From positions 1-52,833 of the forward strand of contig MCFE01000614.1 in NCBI GenBank assembly GCA_002104905.1: a DNA stretch of 52,833 bases, given 5' to 3'. Numbering within the stretch: position 1 is the first letter of the stretch; the number at the start of each line of letters is the position of its first letter. Under the pieces are notes generated by a model that saw only the letters and a program-made list of their open reading frames with translations, was not told the DNA's origin and did not search any database. The translations under genes and the position numbers were made by a program. Source of the DNA: Basidiobolus meristosporus CBS 931.73. Its lineage: Eukaryota > Fungi > Basidiobolomycota. Of the stretch, positions 46,488-52,833 are shown piece after piece.

Positions 46488-48274
46488 TACACATGGACTG
46501 GGTTCAAGGAAGAGAGGCTTGGAGGGAAACCAGGAGATCGGTGCTGGGTTAAAATCACAACGCAAACGGAGTTTGTCGTAATGAGATCGGGGAAGTACCA
46601 GCCATTCAACAGGCCGTTGAACGAACGATCATGTTTATATAAAGCACAGCCTCGATTCTCAGTGATTTCATTAATGCTTCCAGGGATGCACAGCCATGCA
46701 AAGATCGTGTCCGTAGGCATCGAGCCAGGCACAATCCACTAACAATAGCGGGATCGTATCAATGCCGTCAACTCGTTTGCCTTGCTTTGCTATCATTAAG
46801 CTGTAGGAGCACTTTAGCTACCAAACATTCGATACCCCATCCAACCGTGTTTGTAATTGCTGTTGCTTATGCAGGATCACATAACGTCTGCCGAAAGACA
46901 ATTAAGTTGGAAATCAATGATCAAGTGGCGTTTATTCTGGCTCGGCATTCTTATTGCTCACCATATTGTCTCCTACAATGGTATATCCATCACATTCTCC
47001 AGAAACACTCGGTTGAAAGCGATAATGTGCTCCGGTCTAACTGAGGCACAGAAGTGGGTCCGTGCCCAGTAGGTGCCGTGAAGAAGGCGGCTTCGATGTT
47101 ACAGTATAAATGTATTGATGAACAGGAGTGCAAATATAAGAGTAAATAAGGTTGCTGCATTCTTCACATGAGGATCACGTTGCAAGTTCCAGTGTGGATC
47201 GGCAATCTACAAACATCACTCGATATGAGAAATTGTCTACGCTTTGGTACACTTTTCAGGAACCAGTACCTTGGCAACCACGCGCTTCGAGCCTATGGCA
47301 GTCCATCCATTTGGGTAAATATACTCCCCTGCCCAGGATTCATGGCCATCACACTCGATCTACAATTCGGGCAGACAGTTAGGTTTCATTCTTTGAAGCG
47401 GATACTACCAAGAGTCCGTACCTGAGGGAAGTTGTGGGAATTTTTGGTGGAGAACATCGGGAACGAAGAGTGACCTGCTGCTAGTTGAACGTCTCTTTGG
47501 TCTTCAATCGGAAGTCCACTTGCAGTGCGATTGTTTACCAACGAAAAAATCCCGTTCAAAATTGGGATGGCCTGCTCCGTCGGGTCATGTGATTTAGGCA
47601 GCATAAGATATATGGACTTTAAATTAAAATATTTCATTAACGAAACCTCAAGCGCTAAGACTACTCGACTTCGGCAATGGAAAGCGATCCGCTCAACTCT
47701 AGCAAACCCTTGTTCTCAGGTTTTTCCAAGACCTTGCTTGATACTAGGCTAGACAGAACACCGGCCAGATCACTCACCTATTTCCCTTTTGAATGCAGAT
47801 GCTGAGCCAAGCGATTCCGAGGAAATCGGGTTTTGCCCTCATAACCGTGGCAAGAAATATATCCTTTTCGTAGCAATCCAGTATAATGGGTGGCAGGACC
47901 GAATGTGCCTCCTACATTACCTTGACTATATACTTTACTAAAGCTAGGAGCAGATCACGTCCACGGAAATACCCGACTATGGACTTTCAAGGCAACCGTT
48001 GGGGCCACCAGGGTAATCGGAAGTCCCTTGTTTCTTCCTAGCCACCTAGCTAAAACCACAGTTAGGATATTTCCACCACTTCCAAAAAGAGAGGCAATTC
48101 CTTGGATGGTGAGGACGCCGCCGCAGTCATCAACATCAAAGGTATATCATACGAGTTCGCAGCCCTTTCCAGCACCGACACACAACCTCAACAACCTCAT
48201 TCCCAAATCCAGAGCTCTTATCACCACCCGAAAGACTGGAGGATTTCACCACCAAGTACCAGTATAGACGCATC

Positions 48275-48655
48275 ATGAAAGACAACAGGCTGGAGTTCTA
48301 CATCATCAAACTCATGGAAGTCATCGAGGCTGAAGGAAAGAAGAACCGAAACTTGCGTAGATTGCTCAGTATGTTGCAACGCGACGAGCCTTCTGGAAAG
48401 GAATCAACCGACGACGAAGAGATTTCCAAGGAAGAGTATTTCAAAACATGGGAAGCAGTGCAGGTATGGATCTGTACTCGAACAACGCCGTGGAAAGCAA
48501 CGCTAATCGTTTGTCTGTTTCTGCAGGAGGCCCTCTCACACAGCAATGCACTTTTGGAAATCCTGGGAACAACGCGTAGCAAACTCACCTATGTGGAGAG
48601 ACAGAAATCCCGCTTATGGAAGAAATTGAAGTCTAAAAAGGACAAAGCATCCTGA
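48275..48655 (+). CDS. Small helical protein, possibly Rxt2-like (Rpd3L deacetylase complex); 5' exons unresolved; in-frame intron 48464-48526
   Basis: Intron CAG|GTATGG...GCTAAT...CTGCAG, 63 nt. The reading frame is open back to 48113. KLMEVIEAEGKKNRNLRRLLSMLQRDE and RSKLTYVERQKSRLWKKLK recall fungal Rxt2 from memory only. Confidence 0.4.
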   Translation: MKDNRLEFYIIKLMEVIEAEGKKNRNLRRLLSMLQRDEPSGKESTDDEEISKEEYFKTWEAVQVWICTRTTPWKATLIVCLFLQEALSHSNALLEILGTTRSKLTYVERQKSRLWKKLKSKKDKAS

Positions 48656-48823
48656 TGTTCCTGCATCCTGCCTGGGCTGAATACGGAGTGAATTGACAGT
48701 ATCTATCTCCAGTTAATAAGGGGTCTTTTGTAATATAATGAATAAATGTGGATAGATTTTTATTCCTTGATGGTCTCCGTTTTATTCAAAGGATTCGTCT
48801 AATTTGGATGATGGTAGGTCGGC

Positions 48824-49555
48824 TCAAGCTAGGTTGCGAAGTTTCTTGTACTCTTCTTCGCTCTTGCATTCTTTCAATGCGATGGCCGAGTTGTCGGACT
48901 TGGGCTTCAGTATGGCGATGTATCCCTTTGACTGAGACTTTGGTGACAGTTAGTATATCCCGTGACAGCGTTCGACGACTTGCGTGAAAAACTTACTTCG
49001 TTGAGGAGGAGCTCGGGGGTTTTCACGATACCCTCGTTTACTTCCATCAATTGGCTATGAACACCAGCACGAATCGTAAAGGCCTCCTCGTTATCGAGGG
49101 TGATTTTACAGATGGCTGTCCGTGGATCAAGCCACAGGGCCCCCTTCTTTCTCTTTCCTTGCACTTTGTTGTTTAGCACAGCCTCGGAGAATTCGATGCT
49201 TTTGATATGAGAGGCCTCTGAGGCTAGCAATGGATGGTTGGCTGCCAAACCCACTATGCATAATCTAAAGGGACACCGAATGAGTCGGTGTGGGGCACCG
49301 GTGGAAAGAAATGCGATGGAACGTACTTGTTGGGGGCCTGCATTATGTACTGATCTTCCTTGTCGGTGGCTTCATTCACTTGATTAGAAGAAGAGTCAAT
49401 ATTCAGGGATTCAAGGGAGGAAATCTCACGAACTGACCAAAGTAGTGTTTGGTGAAATATCTCTCTAGATATTTGCTATTCTTCTCGTCCCACCCTTTGA
49501 TGGTCTCTTGGTATTCCTCTATGTCATAAGCGGTATCACACTTGAAGTCCGCCAT
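48824..49555 (-). CDS. Abitram/FAM206A (Simiate)-like protein with glycine-cleavage-H-like fold; exons 49555-49438, 49378-49327, 49264-48997, and about 48930-48824
   Basis: The spliced model gives ...YLERYFTKHYFVNEATDKEDQYIMQAPNKLCIVGLAANHPLL...VQGKRKKGALWL...IRAGVHSQLMEVNE...PELL...KGYIAILKPK. All junctions are GT-AG and keep the frame; the last acceptor has two in-frame options. Confidence 0.85.
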
Positions 49556-49858
49556 TTCCAACTGGTACTCACCAACCAAGTGTCAAGTTAAGCTAGTGAA
49601 TTGAACAATTTCTGTGGTCGTTTTACTGATTGATTTGGCCATAAACCCAAGCAAAAAGGGGGATTTTTTTTATTGACCAAACTGGATTTCCATTGAATTC
49701 AGCCAATATGCTGTTGGTTCGCCCTTTGGTGTGGAAATTAAACTGAAGCAGCAGGTTCAATCTCTGTGCGAATCTAGGGTTTTATTGAGAATAGAAATAC
49801 AATTCGACCAGTTCTAAGAAAGCGAGGAATGGTTAACAGCGTCAGAGTCAACACTAGT

Positions 49859-50574
49859 CTAGCGGGCACGCTTCTCCTCGTTGGCAAGAGGGGAAGTGGG
49901 TGGGCGTTTCAGTTGATTTGTTTGTGCTGGTGACTGGTTGTTGAAATACTCCTTCGATTCGACCAGGTTGGGCTTGATGGCATTTTCTCCACGTTTCCAG
50001 TTGGCTGGACAAACCATTCCATGTTCGTCGGTGAATTTCACGGCCTCTAGCAACCTCAAGGTCTCGTCCACGGATCTACCAACTGGTAGGTCGTTGATAA
50101 TCTTGATGCGAACCTTCTGCTGTGGATCAATGATAAACAACCCACGGGCGGCCACTCCGGCCTCCTCTATCAGCGTGGAGTACTGGCGGCAGATGTTCTT
50201 GGTGATGTCTGAAACCAGAGGGTACTTCAGGCCTCCAAGGCCGCCTTGGTTTCTGGGGGTATTATTGAAAGCCAAGTGGGTGAACTGGGAATCGACCGAA
50301 ATTCCCAAAACCTGAGCCCCCATGGAAGTGAATTCAGAGATGCGCTCGCTGAATGCGACCAGTTCGGTGGGACACACGAAGGTGAAATCTAGCGGGTAGA
50401 ACAAGAGGACCACGTATTGGCCCGCGAAATCCGATAGCTTCACTTCCTGGAAGCACCCGTCAACCACAGCAGTGGCTTGGAATTGTGGAGCGACCTGCTG
50501 AATTTGAACTAGCATACCAGGCCCGCGGTTAATACAGAGCAGCAAGACACATACACACCTAGAGGCTTACCCAT
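49859..50574 (-). CDS. Typical 2-Cys peroxiredoxin (AhpC/Prx1, Tsa1-like), 217 aa, with C-terminal extension; exon 1 = ATGG 50574-50571, intron 50570-50509
   Basis: [13 protein letters not shown] (peroxidatic Cys), [19 protein letters not shown] (resolving Cys), YF motif. Intron GTAAGC...TTAAC...CTAG, 62 nt. Confidence 0.95.
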
Positions 50575-51627
50575 GCTGTCGTAATCAAGAACGTCGAGTG
50601 GGTCGGTGTGATGACGGCAAATTTTATTTATGTGTTTTGCATCTTCCTTGCGGTCTAAATCCAGTAATCGTCCCCACATCCACGTTAGATAAACATCCCA
50701 CATCACATGACCCCCGACCACAACAAAGCCCATGCTGTTCGCGAATAGCAAGGGAAAATCGCTGGATTTGGGAAGATTTGAACGATACGTAAGAACGGTT
50801 GACCAGGAAAAACAGAAACAGATGGCCATTTCCGTTGCGACCCGTCTGGGGGCGTTCTTCAAGGCTTTCCATCGATCCCACTGCTGGAACGACAAGTATC
50901 CATCTAGATGGCAGCACTGCTCGTTTCCAGAGAGGCGGATCTGATTCGCTGCACTGTCCACCAGATCTACAGCATGGCTTCCGATAGCAGAGCAGTTATC
51001 TGGCTGTGACTCATGACAAACTCGCCCAGTCGGAGCCCACCTCTCCAAATGATTTTGGCTTGGGATTTGCACGCTCTACAACCCGCGATCCTTGGTCCGC
51101 GATCCCTGGCCAACCATCAATCCTTGCCAGTATATTTAGCTCAGGTCTAGGGGTTGCTATTCGTTCCTGACCAAAATGTTTCACGGGTGATTCCTCACAC
51201 CATGAGAAATGTGGTCAGGGGAAGTATCATTGACAATGGACTTCAGCCGCCATGTTGGTTGATCTACCCAACTTGGGCACTCAGGGATATTTTCTCAATC
51301 AATCTCTACTTCAATTGGTGAAACTGCTTAAATGGCTATGAGATTCTGCCTGTGTGGATGGCCCAATGGGCAAGCAGGATGTAAAACGGGTGTGACTATT
51401 AATCCATCTGAACGCTGCCAGTCCCAAATCAGGGGGTGGTGGGTGTACGAGGTGGAGGTGAGGGCTAATCGGTGCCGTTGCCTTGCACGCCTGGTTGATA
51501 TAAAGGTGATAAAAGCTTGTCCCTGCCCTACGGGTAGATAATCCCTGTTCCCATCCGATTTGGCTGTAGATTCGGTTTCCTTCCTGCATTCCGTGACTTT
51601 CTTTAGACCGTACGCGTTGTCTTGAAT

Positions 51628-52833
51628 ATGCTGGTGCAATCACCACAAACCATCCATCTACTTCCCCACCATTCCCAACCACAGCTGCAGCTGTATCCTG
51701 CCACTAGTTTGTTCGAAGAGAAGTATTCGTACCAGACCAACACTACTTGTCGCGACTTCAATGATCCACTAGAAAGACTCCCGTCGGAGATTCGAGTGCG
51801 CATTTTCAAGCTTTTGGATATCCGAAACCTGGTGAAGTCCTCAAAGGTAGATTGTCCATCTCCACATCCTAGAGGTCCGCTTACTCATGGACATGTCCCT
51901 TCAGGTCTGTCGGAATTGGAAGAAAGTCGCCTTCGATGGTTCTCTCTGGGAGACTATCGATCTCACCCGCTATTACAAGCGCATTGCCAGCGAGCAGATC
52001 GTTAACCTTTGCTGTGCCGCGGGCGGTTTCCTTAAAACAGCTAATTTCAGGTTGGTGCGGGTGTGATGCACAGTGGCTCTCTAGAGAGTATGGCTAACGT
52101 ATGGTGCTTGGAATCCTTTGTAGGGGATGTTCTCAACTCACTTCACAGGAGCTACGAGTCATATCAGACTATTGTTGCAACATCCAAATGGCTCATTTCC
52201 ACGGCTGCCGCTCGATCAGCCGTGAGAGCATCTCGTATTTCATAGGCCAGTGTAGTGATCTACGGGTTTTGAATATCTCTGGATTATCCTGTGTCGATGA
52301 CAGATTTCTGGAAATACTGGGCAAGCGCTGTGCCTCCTCGCTAAAGCAGGTTGATATCTCTAGGTGCCGAAATGCTACTTCGATGGGGCTTTTGGATATC
52401 ATTCAGAGGTGCACACAACTAGACACCCTGCGAGTAGACGCTTGTGTTGGTGTGGATGATAGTACACTACTTTCTATCAGTAGACTGACGGGGATAAAAA
52501 CCTTGTCACTGGGCTCTTGCTACGCAATCTCTGATGAAGGGGTGATTGCTGTCGCCAAGGGATGCACACAACTCAGCTCCATCAATCTATCCGGATGTCG
52601 GCATCTTACCAATGATGGGGTTCAAGCTCTGGGAGAGTTTTGCTCCCGTCTGGTAAACGTAGATCTCTCAGGATGCTCCCACCTGAGCGATGGTGGGCTT
52701 CTGGGACTCGTGGCAAGGTGCCCAAAACTGAGAAACATCGACCTAGAGGACTGCAGTTCGCTCACAGACATCACCCTCAGAGCCATCGCAACCCATCTAT
52801 CCGACCTGGAAAGCTTATGCCTGAGCTATTGCG
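51628..52833 (+). CDS. F-box/leucine-rich-repeat protein (FBXL2/20-like), 3' end beyond window; introns 51847-51904 and 52051-52123
   Basis: F-box LERLPSEIRVRIFKLLD...VCRNWKKVAFDGSLW, then Cys-containing LRRs (LSLGSCYAISDEGV, INLSGCRHLTNDGV, VDLSGCSHLSDGGL, IDLEDCSSLTDITL). The spliced frame is open to the window end. Confidence 0.93.

Noticed and set aside
50598-51682. Numerous short overlapping ORFs between the peroxiredoxin and F-box genes
   Set aside because: No recognisable motifs, mutually overlapping on both strands, and located in a divergent promoter region. A small gene cannot be fully excluded.
1-52833. CRISPR array, rRNA/tRNA genes, prokaryotic or viral systems
   Set aside because: No repeat-spacer array or structural RNA was recognised. 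The short periodic repeats are transposon subterminal motifs, and all RT, integrase and DDE motifs belong to known eukaryotic transposon classes.

Overview
Eukaryotic, fungal-type genomic DNA. The 58-73 nt GT-AG introns with CTAAC-like branch points and the gene content fit a fungus; an early-diverging lineage is an inference. The window has two compartments. (1) About 1-43.4 kb is an AT-rich, strongly CpG-depleted block of nested transposons. It holds two Ty1/Copia families, four members of one Ty3/Gypsy family, three degraded copies of a CACTA/EnSpm-like transposase, and a PIF/Harbinger-superfamily (PHIS) family with AGACTTGTTCC terminal repeats and ANT target duplications. One Gypsy copy is intact, with identical LTRs and a 1377-aa gag-pol. 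The PHIS family occurs as a 3.4-kb two-gene element, a deleted copy, a 211-bp MITE and a 734-bp foldback MITE. (2) About 43.6-52.8 kb is a normal-CpG, gene-dense block: GH17 glucanase, Git3/cAMP-receptor-like GPCR, a possible Rxt2-like protein, an Abitram/FAM206-like protein, a 2-Cys peroxiredoxin with a C-terminal bipartite-NLS-like tail, and a truncated F-box/LRR gene. The most notable signals are: a CpG-free transposase gene beside a CpG-rich partner gene in the same element; 10-bp-phased TGCC arrays in all PHIS-family ends; a 347-bp-arm hairpin MITE; a four-level transposon nest; and the NLS-tailed peroxiredoxin. All alignments and percentages were made by eye and no database searches were run.
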